Positions 23,946-37,314 of a DNA stretch of 64,000 nt are shown here, one piece after another. The notes under the pieces are model-generated. The model saw only the letters and a list, made by a program, of their open reading frames with translations. It was not told where the DNA came from and ran no database searches. The DNA is from Anolis carolinensis (Eukaryota): contig NC_085842.1 in assembly GCF_035594765.1 (NCBI RefSeq), forward strand, positions 218,747,747 through 218,811,746. The letters run 5' to 3'. The position numbers and the translations under genes were made by a program. The stretch's first letter is position 1. The number at the start of each line of letters is the position of its first letter.

Positions 23946-25676
23946 TCACATTTCATCATTATAATAGATTTTGTGCTGACTTGCTAGTTCTTCATGGCTG
24001 GGAATGTTGTTAAAGACTTCCTCATTGCAAGTGTTCAGGTCAGATAACTCCTCTGTGAATATGTTGCTACTATGCTTTTCCTTTTGGAATGTGATGTTGA
24101 GAATTTCTTTTCTCCATTCTTGTTGACAGAGTTGTTCCTTAGACTCTTTTAGTTCCAAAGAAGGGTGGGACATATCTTCTTCAGCCCGCATACCTACCCA
24201 AAAAATCACAACTTCTTTGCGAGCAGCAGCAACAGTCAGAATAGTGATGAGTATACAGGGCACTAAGTATAGGAGAGTTGGCTGATTTGCCTGTAAGAAT
24301 GTTGTTGCAATGAAATTCACCAAAAGACCGTAGCTATAAGCCAGAGTAGATGCTAGAAAATAAACCCCTGAAGAGCCAACTTGAACGTCAAATCTGTGAC
24401 AGTAGGCTACTAGGAAGCCAGGAAGTACAACATCTCCAAGGCCTGCAACAGCAAAGGAATTGTCCAGAGTTGAAGCTGAAGATAATATTGGTGCTTTTAA
24501 CAGAAAGGGGATCTTTTCTGAGTGATATGAACCCAAACCTGTCACATCTGTGACACTTCTTCCAGTTTTGGTTAGGAAAGGTGTGATGAAGAGACAGACG
24601 GTATCATAAAACAAATGAGCTATAAGAAACATGCTGCAGTTCTTTAGGTTTGGAATATGAATTGTTCTCAGAAGATAGATGCCAATACACATTCCTAAAA
24701 CATTGTGCAAAATCCAGCCCCATACATCTTCATTTCCGATGAAAATACAGACTGCAGTGATAGATATGCACAGTAGCACCAGGAGTAATGCTCTGATCTC
24801 TAGTGCCTTGTGGAAATATGGAAGATGGATCACAGATCTTCCAGATGAGAATTTGCTCACAAATGGAGCCAAACAACAGTATAGGCTGAAAGATGCATAT
24901 AGACAGTAAATGCCAGTCATTGCAAACACCATATAATCATATAAGCAGTAGAGAGAAAGCAGCATGAAAGTGGCCATTACTGCACATGTACATGTAAAGT
25001 AGACATTGGTATCAATTGTTATCTCACCAGAACTTTCTGTTCGGCACTGACTTTTGATATGTTGCTTTTTTCTCTCTGAACATCCAGCCCAGTAGCTTCC
25101 TACAATAACAGTGACCATTGACATCAAGTAGATTATCCCAGTTTTGTATAGCAAGTCAGTGATCAGGTTCCTGAATAACAAGTAGAGAACATCTACTTCA
25201 CTAAGTAGAATCCCTGGAATAGTAATCTCTTCACAGTGACCCCAGTTGAATGCAGATCGCCACCTTTTCATTGGATATGGAGCATCTCCGCCAAGAGTCA
25301 GGAGCCCCTGGGTTCTGTTTATCTGATGGAGTCTGGCATTCTCAAAGAGATTGCAGTTTCCCTCTCTTATAGATGCAATTCTGGTACTGAATCCGCCTCC
25401 ATCATTGTCATCTTTCCCAAAGAATGAAGGTAGGCAACACAAGGCTGAATAAGTGAGGTTCTGACTGAAAAGCTGAAAATCAAACCAGTGATTTTTATTA
25501 CCTTCCTGATGTGATTTAATCTGCTGTGAATGGAAGACAAAGCAGTAATCGCCTCCTTTTTCTGGATCAATATGAATGACACCAGGGTTCTGAGCAAGCA
25601 CAGGTGGAACAAAGAGCAGAAATAGCCAGGCTAGCAACAGCACTGCTTTCCTTGATATTCTACAATTGTCCTTCAT
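23946..25676 (-). CDS. Intronless signal peptide peptidase-like 2 family GxGD aspartyl intramembrane protease (SPPL2B/2C-like), nested antisense in MAN1A2 intron 3
   Basis: Uninterrupted 576-aa ORF. It has a signal peptide (KAVLLLAWLFLLFVPPVLA), a PA-domain remnant (GGDYC, REGNC), GSYWAG, multiple TM segments, YD at 24603-24608, GLGD at 24432-24443, AYCHRFDVQV and QPTLLYLVP. The family is clear; which paralog it is remains uncertain. Confidence 0.9.
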   Translation of the reverse strand: MKDNCRISRKAVLLLAWLFLLFVPPVLAQNPGVIHIDPEKGGDYCFVFHSQQIKSHQEGNKNHWFDFQLFSQNLTYSALCCLPSFFGKDDNDGGGFSTRIASIREGNCNLFENARLHQINRTQGLLTLGGDAPYPMKRWRSAFNWGHCEEITIPGILLSEVDVLYLLFRNLITDLLYKTGIIYLMSMVTVIVGSYWAGCSERKKQHIKSQCRTESSGEITIDTNVYFTCTCAVMATFMLLSLYCLYDYMVFAMTGIYCLYASFSLYCCLAPFVSKFSSGRSVIHLPYFHKALEIRALLLVLLCISITAVCIFIGNEDVWGWILHNVLGMCIGIYLLRTIHIPNLKNCSMFLIAHLFYDTVCLFITPFLTKTGRSVTDVTGLGSYHSEKIPFLLKAPILSSASTLDNSFAVAGLGDVVLPGFLVAYCHRFDVQVGSSGVYFLASTLAYSYGLLVNFIATTFLQANQPTLLYLVPCILITILTVAAARKEVVIFWVGMRAEEDMSHPSLELKESKEQLCQQEWRKEILNITFQKEKHSSNIFTEELSDLNTCNEEVFNNIPSHEELASQHKIYYNDEM

Positions 25677-28600
25677 CTTTCCTAGGGACTGTAATCATGT
25701 CCTTCTTCTGTCCCCTTCTGGTATTCTGACCCTTTTCCTTGTTTGGGTTCTGGGACCCAAGATTTGGTCTGAAACTGCTTGCTACATGATGAGCTTTTCC
25801 TGATACCCTTTCTCCCCATCATGGTTATAACCCACAGCTTTGTTTGTTATGTAATAAACCCAGCTTTTTACCATGGAGACAAGCCTTCACTTTTGTCTGA
25901 TGTACTGAAGGCTTCACCTCTCCCATTTTGGACTTGCTTTTACAGAGCAAGTTGCTTCTAGTTCTTAGCAAGATCATATGGCATCTGATGCCTTTACACC
26001 CTTAACCTAGGGTTCATTTACACTGTGGATTTAATAGTTTGACACTAATTTATTTATTAAGAAATTTCTATATCTCCTTTCTCTGAGGACTCAAGGCGGT
26101 TTACAACAACAGCTAAACATGCAATGTACAATTTAAGTCGTTAAAATAATCCCATTCGTATCCGTTGAATATGAAATTGTCATTAAAAAGACTAAAACGA
26201 TATATAAAATTCCCAGGAAGATAAAAAAATATGACTATAAAGTGCAGTTCCTAGGCTTCTGTCATCATTAATTAAAAGCTATTCTACAAAGGAAAGTTTT
26301 CAGATTTTTTTTTCTCAAGGACAAGAGGGTGGGGGGTGCTCTGATTGTTTCTGGCAGAGCATTTCAGAGTTTTGGAGCTGCACCCAAGAAGGTGCCATAT
26401 GTAGACAGTTTTCATTGTCAACTGTCCCTGAGCTAAGTGGAGAGGAGTGTTTCGCAAATCAATCTTAGGAGTCTAACTGGCTTGCGTGGAAGGATATGCT
26501 GTCTCAAGTATCCTGGACCGAAGTGTGTAGGGCTTTATAGGTTAAAACCAGCACCTTAAATTGGGCCCGGAAACTAATCGGGAGCCAGTGGAGCTGCCTC
26601 AGCAGGGGGGTGGCTTTAACTTCCATGGGTCTATGCTTTGGGATGATGGTATTTGTAGTTTGATGGAACACCTGCAGTCTCTGGCAGAGAAGGACAAAGA
26701 ACTTGCAAAACTACAATTTCCATGATTGGCTTTTTTCTAGAAGAAAGGAAAGAGTCTTCCCAATCTCTATTTTTGCTTAGTGCTAGTTTGGTCATGGGAC
26801 ATTAACAGTCCCGAACAGATGAAATTTATAGTGATATAGTTATTTATTTATTTACTTACTTACTTGCAGCATTTACTCACCCCGAAGGGGACTCAGGGCG
26901 GATCACAGTGTACATATATTTGGCAAACATTCAATGCCATTAGACAAACAACACACAGACAGACAGACACACAGAGGCTATTTTACTTCCCAGCTTCTGG
27001 TTTTCTGAGGGTTTGTTCGATTCTGGCCACAGGAGGAGCTGCTGCTTCATCATCCACTGTGACAACAAGTCCTTTTTGATGGAGTACTTCCTCATCTAGT
27101 GTTGTAAATCAGTTAAATTAGCCTCCCCACATAAACGGTCCCTAAATTTTCCTACTTGACAGATGCAACTGTTTCGGGTTGCTTAGGTCTACAACGAGCA
27201 GGACTATTTTTTATTTTAATTGTCGGGTGCTCATTCCGACAGGCTGGCCTAAACTCATGACCTCTTGGTAATAGTGATTTATTGCAGCTGGCTACTAACC
27301 AGCCTGCGCCACAGGCTGGTTAGTTCAGTTCATTTGTCACGAATGTGATTAAGCAGTAACAAAATATTTAGAAGTCTTACATTCCTGAAATGTTCAGACT
27401 CAAACTGGAATAGATTTATTGCATTGCTGACATCAGAGCTACTGGTCTTTACAACTTTGCTCTATCTGGGAGAGAGTGAAATAATAGAAAGAAAAATATT
27501 TTTAAATGAAGCCAGTAGATTGTAAAAGGGGAATTTTGTGAAGTTCATGGGAGAGAAAATCTGCAGATCTTAGCAGAACTAAAATGAACTGAAAATGAAA
27601 ATGGATTGTAATAGCAAGATGCTATTTATAGGAGGGCAACATTAAAGGCTTAAGTGGAAGCATAAGTAACTCTGCTTCTTGCCTATTTTGAGATCATCTA
27701 AGATACACTCTTGTACACAGACTTAATGGTATATATGAGCCACATTCTCAAAATGACGAAGGAATGCAGAAGTTCTTTAGGGGGCCTTAGAGCAAGAAAG
27801 CTGTTCTTGAATCTTCCCTAAAGGTTTCTATTACTCTTGCCCATGAAGTTGTCAAATGTGTATGTATAGGATTTTCAAAGCTAAGTATATGCCAAAATGA
27901 TCCAAAAAACTTTATAGTGTAGTATGAGCTTAAGAATTGACTTAAGAGAAAATGTTCCTTTATTTCGTAATTCACCCCCACCCCAACTATCAAATACCCA
28001 TGATGTTATCCCTATGTATGTATTAGGCTAATCTTAGCATCTTAGATTAATAAGATAGCTTTCACAATTGTTCACTCTAAAAATCCCCAACTTCTGATAT
28101 ATGTGTATGTGCCTTAAAGTCACCTCTTGCTGGACAAAGATATGTGAATTTCCCAGTGAATGTATCTGTTAAATGTAAATGGACAACATCTGAGTCATGA
28201 CATGTTTAAGGTTTCAGCTTTAGATGGGAAATTTCAAATGGAAATTTCAGATGGAAAGGAGAAAGTTGACTTATTTAATACATTCATAATAAAGACTTTG
28301 TGAGACATGGGAGTGGAGACTTTTCTGGATGCTTCAAGAAGGACAGGACAAATAATATACCTCATATAAGAGCATAAGAAGAGCTGTGTGCTGTATTCAG
28401 TCAGAGAACTTAAAAAGAGACATTGCCAAAATACAGTCAGCTTCAACTTTCAGTGGTTTAGCTCCTGCAGATTTAATTATTAGTGGATTATTTGCTGCCA
28501 CCTCTGCTGCTGCCCTATGCCCTTTTAAATAGGGACTTTAATAAACAAGTGTCCACTGAGCTTTGTTCTGTTAAGTCCAGTTTGATCAGTAGTCAAAAGT

Positions 28601-29313
28601 CCCTATTAAAGAGCCTATGATACTTTTATATGTACTATTTAAATAGAAGACTGTAACCCCGTAAAAAAATATTATCTGAGAAATTATTATGAAATACTAA
28701 CAGCTGCACTGTATGCAACAAATATTTAGAAATGTATGTCTATTTGAATAAAAAGAAAAACAAATGGAGATGTGCACCAAAAAAGAAAAGAAAAAAATGA
28801 CACAGGGAAGCAGTAGCGACAAATAATCATGTGGATCATGCAGATAGTTCTTCGTGTTATATAGTTTGGGGGCTTGAGGATATTGGCGTTTTTAATCACT
28901 TATTTTTGGGTCCTGTTCCCTTAACTCTGCAGGATATGACTGTAACAGCTCATGGCACTGATACATAGAAGCATACTACAGAGGGAATGTCCTGTAGCCT
29001 AATTATGCATACATTTCTGGACCGTTTTAATAGACAAGCAAGATGGCAGTCTTATTTCAGTAAAGCCCACAACCTAACTCTGAACATTGCTAAGCAACTA
29101 TCTTCTTCTCCAGTTACATTGTAAAGAGATGGGATACAAATATAGGAAATGAATGACTGAAACACACATTTTAATAGAATTACTTGCCATGGCAGATTGA
29201 TTTAGTACTTGGAAAAAAACCTATTAATTTTTAGCAAAATATGGTTTCATATTGTGGATAAGTAATAACATTGGAGGGGAAGATTATTTCTATAAGTGAA
29301 ACATTTATAATGA

Positions 29314-29460
<147 letters not shown>

Positions 29461-29975
29461 TAAACTTTTTTAAAGTATAACTTGACTAGTTTGGAGAAAC
29501 TAAAGTTCAGTGTTGAGCTTGTCTTACTAACCATCGTTAAAAATAATTTAACTGTCCAGGTTGGGAAATGACACTTAATGATGATGAATGTAGAATGATA
29601 GTGAAAGCTTCTAATATTTCCTTCCTATCAGTGATAAAGAATGGAGAGGAGGGCAGGGGAGCACACAATTTCAAGGCTCACTGTAGCTCATTCAACCATG
29701 TTTTATTGCATGGTTCAGCCTGTTACATCCACATAAGACTAATATATCTTGTTTGTTATCTCTATCTCAACATGCATTCTGAGTTCTTGTTTTCTTCTTC
29801 AAGCAGCTCAAATTTACCATAGCTTTGATAGGTTGTCAACCAGAAGGATAAGATTTTAATTTGTGCACTCATTAGATATAATTACAGATTTTAACAGATC
29901 TCTTTGTATAACAAAAGAAGCGTGTATGGAACACATAATATCTATTGTATGCAAATGCTCTCTATTGGTGTCTAG

Positions 29976-30158
<183 letters not shown>

Positions 30159-31415
30159 TGACCAAGTTAGAAGTTGAGACAGTCTTCCATTCTTACCCAT
30201 ACTTGCGCTCTCAGTCCTTCCCACCCATTTTTATTTCTGAAAGTGCGAATAGCTCTCAAAGTACACTTGTGGACAGGATGAACTTCTTCTCTTCCTCCCA
30301 CTTCGTACCATTTCCATGAATTGTAAAGTGATGATTTGCCTCCCACAAATAGTTTTTGTGCCAGACTCTTGTTGGCTTTCGACCTTCGCTGCACTGGTTT
30401 CTTCACTGATTACTTCCTTACTCGTACCCCCTCCCCACACACACACACATGGAGACAGTCTTCAACTACTGTAGTGCAATTCTGTTGTGTTGCTTAAGTG
30501 TGGAGAACTGTTGAGACAGAATCAAAAGAAGATCATCCATCATTACTGCAGAGTGAGGGAGAAAGTGAAAAGGTAGCCTTTATCTCAGCAATTGCCTCTT
30601 CAATCCAAATGTACACCCAGAAAATGTGAGAAGAAAAGAAGGAGGGAGAGCTTCTTTCTCTTCTTATTCCTTAGCATGTTATTGAAAATGCACAAATCCC
30701 ACAGTACTTTTTAAAAAGTCCAATAAACACTCTTCTGTTGACATTTGTGATGATCATAAATGGATGTTATATTTACTTGAGTTTCTTTTTTTCTAAGCAG
30801 CAGAAAGTTATTCTTCTCAGTTTTACAATCGTGGGGAAAGATTTGACATATCTGAGAGTGGTACACAGACTTTTTAATTCTGTCTGCATACAACTTTAGA
30901 TAACAAGGAGATCCTTTGTTCTTTCATCTTTCATGCTTCAGAATGGATGTGTTGTAGAATTTCAGAGTATATCATTTGTTTCAGTAATAATACTAATTTG
31001 CTAATGTTTTAAAGGCTGAAAATGTATGGAAGGAATACAAATCAGCTACTTGGAGAATCTCAGGATTTTGTTTGGAATAAGTTCCCTTTAGCACCGATAT
31101 TGCACACTCTCAATAAAATACCTGTTGCAAACTAACAGGCTGAACCGAATCTAGAGCAAATACAGCAGTCAGTCAGTCAGATCTTGATTTTGCAAGGATG
31201 GCAAAGGAGAATGCTAAAGGCTGTTTATAAGAGTCTCTTTTAAGAACTGGTTACATCAGTGGGAGTGTTGCTGAAACTCCTGGTCTTCCTGTAGACCAAG
31301 GATTGTGAGCTTACATACTCATAATCCATATCACACTGATTTAGTGGGACTTATCCCAGAGTAGGATACAGCATTGTATTATAGATGATCGACAGTAGTT
31401 TGATCTTTATTCTAG

Positions 31416-31520
<105 letters not shown>

Positions 31521-31866
31521 TAGGAAGAGGCACATATTGGCAGTCAGAAGTTGTAAAATGAATATGTAACCTATTTTGGTAGATTTTGGCTGTTCAAACT
31601 CTCTTAAGGATTCTTTTACGTAATCAATATAGAGTACATACATGCCATAGTATTTTTCTTTCTGTTTTAAGCAGTACTCCCATATTAACCTAGTATCAGA
31701 AAATTGGAAAGGACCACAAGGGCCATATAGTCAAACCCTCTGCCTTGAGGAATGCAATACTAAAGCACTCCAAAGGATTTCCATCCAATCTCTCTTAAAG
31801 ACTACCAGAGGAGTCCAGCATTCTCCGAACCTATTTGCATGTTCAAGTTTGTGTGGCATGTTTTGA

Positions 31867-32073
<207 letters not shown>

Positions 32074-32301
32074 TGATGTGATACATTTTTTTCTGATTGT
32101 AGATACAGAAAACTACATTCATGTTGCATGTACACATATGAAAAGTATTTAAGCATAATTTTCATAAAATGATTATCCATAACTGCTAAAATACCTAATT
32201 TAGATTTTGTAAAGGAATCTATTTGAAACATTCAAAATAGAAGTTTTGATTTACATCTTGTATTGAGAAAGAGCTCTGGTAATTCCCCTCTTTTAATATA
32301 G

Positions 32302-32421
<120 letters not shown>

Positions 32422-33473
32422 TAATATGGCACATAGTCATTTCACAATCCAATTCAGATACTTCAGTCAAACCAGAGTTTAGTCATCCTTGCTTACTCCA
32501 CTTTCCTAATTTGCTTTGTTTTGATGGTGAATTGGGCATCAAATTACACGTTGCCTGCAAAACAGAGGAAACTAAGATTCTACTTATCAGTTGGAAGAGT
32601 GTCTGAGGTAGCAGTAGTTTAGATGGTCACAGTAAACTATATATCTTGCGAACTGTCAAGTGTCATGGACAGCAGTTTGCCTGGCCTGTCTCAGCTGCTG
32701 CTGGGGCTTGGAAGGGGTCAATCTGACCTTGCTGAGGAAAGCCTCACAGGCTTCTGTGATGATCTGTACAGGCTTGCTGAAATGAACAGCAACTGACATA
32801 TCCTGATAAAAGGGGTCTGGAAAAGCATAACTCTTTATTAACAGATAACGTACCTTGGTACTCTGGTCCTGGATTTTGGCTCTGCTTGGCCTTGAGTTAG
32901 AATTTTGGACCCTGGCCATATTCCTATAACCTTGTTCTGGATTATGTGTTATCCTGACTTCTGAGCCGACTACCAGGCTTGATTTATGGACCTGAATTTC
33001 GGTTTGTACCCTTGGATTTGTTTTATGAACTCTGATAAGTCAATCTGTGGCATCTGAGTATTGGACTGCATGGATAGTTGGGCTTGAGTTTGCCCAAAAG
33101 TTATTGATTGCTTCTTTAACCTTCCTGAAAATAACAGCTTGATACCTGCTGTGAATGAAGGGTGAAGGAGCAATGGACTCCCCTGTATGGATGTATTAAA
33201 AAAGAAAAAGAGGAAAAGGTCAGTTTCCATTCTAGTTCTAAGGCTATGTAATAAAAATGAAGGGGCGAGAAATGGGGCAGCAAATGAAGCAGATTAGAAT
33301 TTGGGAGTTCCTGCTTTTTATCAACTGTCATGAAAGGTGGTGGATTTTAGCTTCTGTCTTCCCATGGCAGATAGCAACCTGCTGTTTTCTATATGTGATG
33401 AAAACTAAATATTTAGTTGGCAGTTCTTCTGGAAGTATCATTTTAAGAAAATGACAGTTCTATATTGAATTAA

Positions 33474-33686
<213 letters not shown>

Positions 33687-33951
33687 TGATTTCCCCGTTA
33701 TAAATAAGACAACACACCCCTAGTACACTTTATGTTCTTTAACGGTAGGACAGCAAGGTATACACAACCCCGTTTAGCCTTCATTAATATTCTTTACTCT
33801 TGAATACATGTATAACATTCACTGAACTGAATGTGGCCCACTGGACATATCTTGTGCTCTGCCAGGGACTTGATAACCCTCACCCACTTCTATAAGCTGA
33901 GGTAGGCAGCAAAATCATAGAATTGGAAAAGACCACAAGGATCATCTAGTC

Positions 33952-34726
33952 CAGTGATTCCCAAAGTGGGCGCTACCGCCCCCTGGTGGGTGCTGGAGCG
34001 ATCAAGGGGGGCAGTGTTGGCACCTATTAGGACACGGGGGTTGGGCCAGGGCCAGGGGAGGGGCGGGGCCTCTTCCCAAGTGCTGGAGACAGGGCTGAGC
34101 GCCTGATGCACCTGTTAGGACACAGGGGGCGGGGCTAGAGGAGTGGGTGTGACCTTTTCCCAAGAGCCCAAGACAGAGCTGAGAATCTATACCTCTCCTG
34201 AGGCGCCTGTTAGGACACAGGGGGCGGAGCTAGGGAAGGGGGCAGGGCCTCTTTCCAAGAGCCCGAGACAGGGCTGAGCCTCTATAACTCTCCTGAGAGG
34301 CCTTTTAGGACTAAAGGGCAGGGTAGGGGTGGGGGCAGGGACTCTTCCCAAGGGCACAAGTCAGGGCTGAGCCTCTGTATACCTCCCCTGAGGCGCTTGT
34401 TAGAACATGGGGGTGGGGTACAGAGGTTCAGCCCCATCAGGCACTTGGGTAGAGGCCCCTCTCCTCCTCTAGCCCCGCCCCCTGTATCCTGGCAGGCGCC
34501 GCAGGACAGGGATGGAAGCTCAGCCCTGCCTCAGCACTCGTAACTCCGCCTTTCCCAGTCCTGGCCGCCCATTTGTGGCCCCGCTCATTCCCCCTCGCAG
34601 CCCTGCATCTTGGACTAGGGGAGAGGCTCAGCCCCGCCCTCCAAGCCACAACCCCATTCCAGGGGGCACTGAGTAATATTTTTTCTGGAAAGGGGGCGGT
34701 AGGCCAAATAAGTTTGGGAACCACTG
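33952..34726. mobile_element. hAT non-autonomous element with an internal GC-rich ~90-bp tandem repeat, inserted in a CR1 3' end
   Basis: CAGTGATTCCCAAA...TTTGGGAACCACTG with perfect TSD ATCTAGTC (33944-33951 and 34727-34734). Confidence 0.85.
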
Positions 34727-36975
34727 ATCTAGTCCAACCCCCTGCCATGCGCTAATATACAATCAAAGCACTCCTGAGAAGCAGCCACCAGACTCTGTTT
34801 AAAGAAACCCAGAGAAAGAAATATTGAGGCAATGTATTCTATTGTCAAACAGCTCATACCTAGTCTCTGGAATAGCAAAAAATAAACTTGCTCCATAACA
34901 CCTGTCTGGTAGATTACTCTTAATTTCTTTGTTTTCAAGTTGTCCAGAACTGTGTTAAACTGTTGTAACATAAAATCATCAGCTATGTAAATGTGACAGG
35001 TACCATATGTTGAGAACTGGATTTTGACGTTAATCCTGATTTTATTTCATCAGTGTTATTTCTAAGAAATATGTATTGGTGTCTTGTATTTGTATTCCCA
35101 AGCATGCTCAGTTTAGTGGATTAAATCCTACCTAAATGCTAGTAGACTATGGCCTTTCAGTTCTTACAAGCTGGGGTGGGTGGAGTGAGGCTAGATTGTG
35201 TCCCATGAATACAAAAATAAAATCTGTCAAAAGTGCTTTGTTTGCTTCCCCCAAGAGTGGAGATTTCTCACGGAAACAGGTTTCGGGCCTGCTCAAGCCT
35301 GCCTCACCAACCCCTTTAAAAAAAAGTAGAAGTGGAGTTCCAGTCACTTCCAATTTGCTTTAAATTATTATTTGTTTTTAGCCCTCAGATGGCCTGAGAG
35401 TATTCAAGAGGCTGAAAACTGTCCCCAAATCCTTTGAAAATACCACACCAATACTGTTGTAATCACTTCACTATCAAAGCATTGATTGAGTTGGACAGTT
35501 CAAAAGTATCATTTTCAGGAATTAGCATTTGGAGTTGAGCAGAAGCTACAGTTTTTTACTGGACCATGCTTCATTTTATAGCCCACTGCCTTTTGAGACA
35601 ATTCCTACAACTACAGTTATTTTTAAAGCATTGGCTGAGTTTGCAATCATCTCTATGTGATGAGCAAAACGCTGGCTCATTTGCAGAGATTTTGACATAC
35701 ATATAATAAAATTCCTCTCTACTTAGATATTTTTTATAAAGGGAGGGGTGGTCCATTGATTTAAACTCTGTGAGCAAGAAACAATGGAATAAAGAATTAT
35801 AACTAGGGATTTTCCTTTTCTGGGTTGTTGTTGATGATTTTTTTTAATGTCTTCCCTCTGAGGAGGGAGATAAAGGAGAAGGGGAGTCCCAGCCAGAGCC
35901 GAGGAAAGGCAAGAAACCGATTTTGGGATCTGAAAAGAGGGGTACGACTATTACGAGGCAAGATAAGGCAGTTCTTCCTCAAATGGCTTCCACCATTCTC
36001 CATGATTGGCTGTGTTGTTTGAGGTTAATTGAAATTTTCTGTTATAGAGTACTTTTCTCCAAAAGGTCATGATAGTAATATTGAGAAAAATAATGATAAC
36101 ATACTGAGTGACATTATTTTATGGAACATCTGGCTGCAAAATGATAGCTGACAATATTGGATTAATAGCACAAATTGAGCAGTTGTGTGGAAATACAATA
36201 GTCTTGTCAGTTGGAAGGCAAAGGAAATGATCACTTTCACAGGAACTTGGGGAAGAAATGGAAATGACTTCTGGAAAACAGGCAAGTCTCACTGGTTTAT
36301 ATTGGTGTTACAATGTGTAACGGAAGCTTAAATTCTGGCCTCTAGGCTTAAAAATGTCTCAAAACTCACACTGCATGGGAGTTATGTTATTGGCACAATA
36401 GACTTCTGAGATTAATGGATTATATTCTTTGGGGTTGGAAGAAACTGTAAACATATTATAGACTGAGAAAGAGAAAATGTCCTGGTTCGGCAAATTTAAT
36501 CGCTTTAGGGGAAAAAAAACTGCATTCAGAATCATTCTAACCAGTCCGTCCTGCTCAAACCCTTCCAAAGGGACACTTGGATCATCAGTATCTTTGGGAA
36601 AGAGAGGAAAAGAACGGAGGTCTGACTTCCTGATCGATAGTTTGCATCCTTCACTTTGGGAGGGAGGATGAAGGAGATAAGATACTTTATTTTCCTCAAA
36701 TATGACAGAGTAGTGGCTATAAGCCTTCCCTTCCTTCACCACCACCAGCCTCTTTGGCCAAGAGAGAAGGAGAGCAGCTATTTACCCCCCATCCTTCTTT
36801 GGGATTTGCTTCTCTAAATTTGTTGTGCTTATCCAATTGTATCAATATGTGCATATTTCAAAGAAAAGAAATTTATTGGGAAATATTTTTCAATTAATGC
36901 AAGGCATAAAAGTGCACTAATGTATTGGATGTTATTATCATTCCAAGATTGGGATTGTTTTACTATTCCAGATAA

Positions 36976-37314
<339 letters not shown>

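Noticed and set aside
32656-33140. LTR-like composition block in MAN1A2 intron 8
   Set aside because: No clear termini or TSD could be found.
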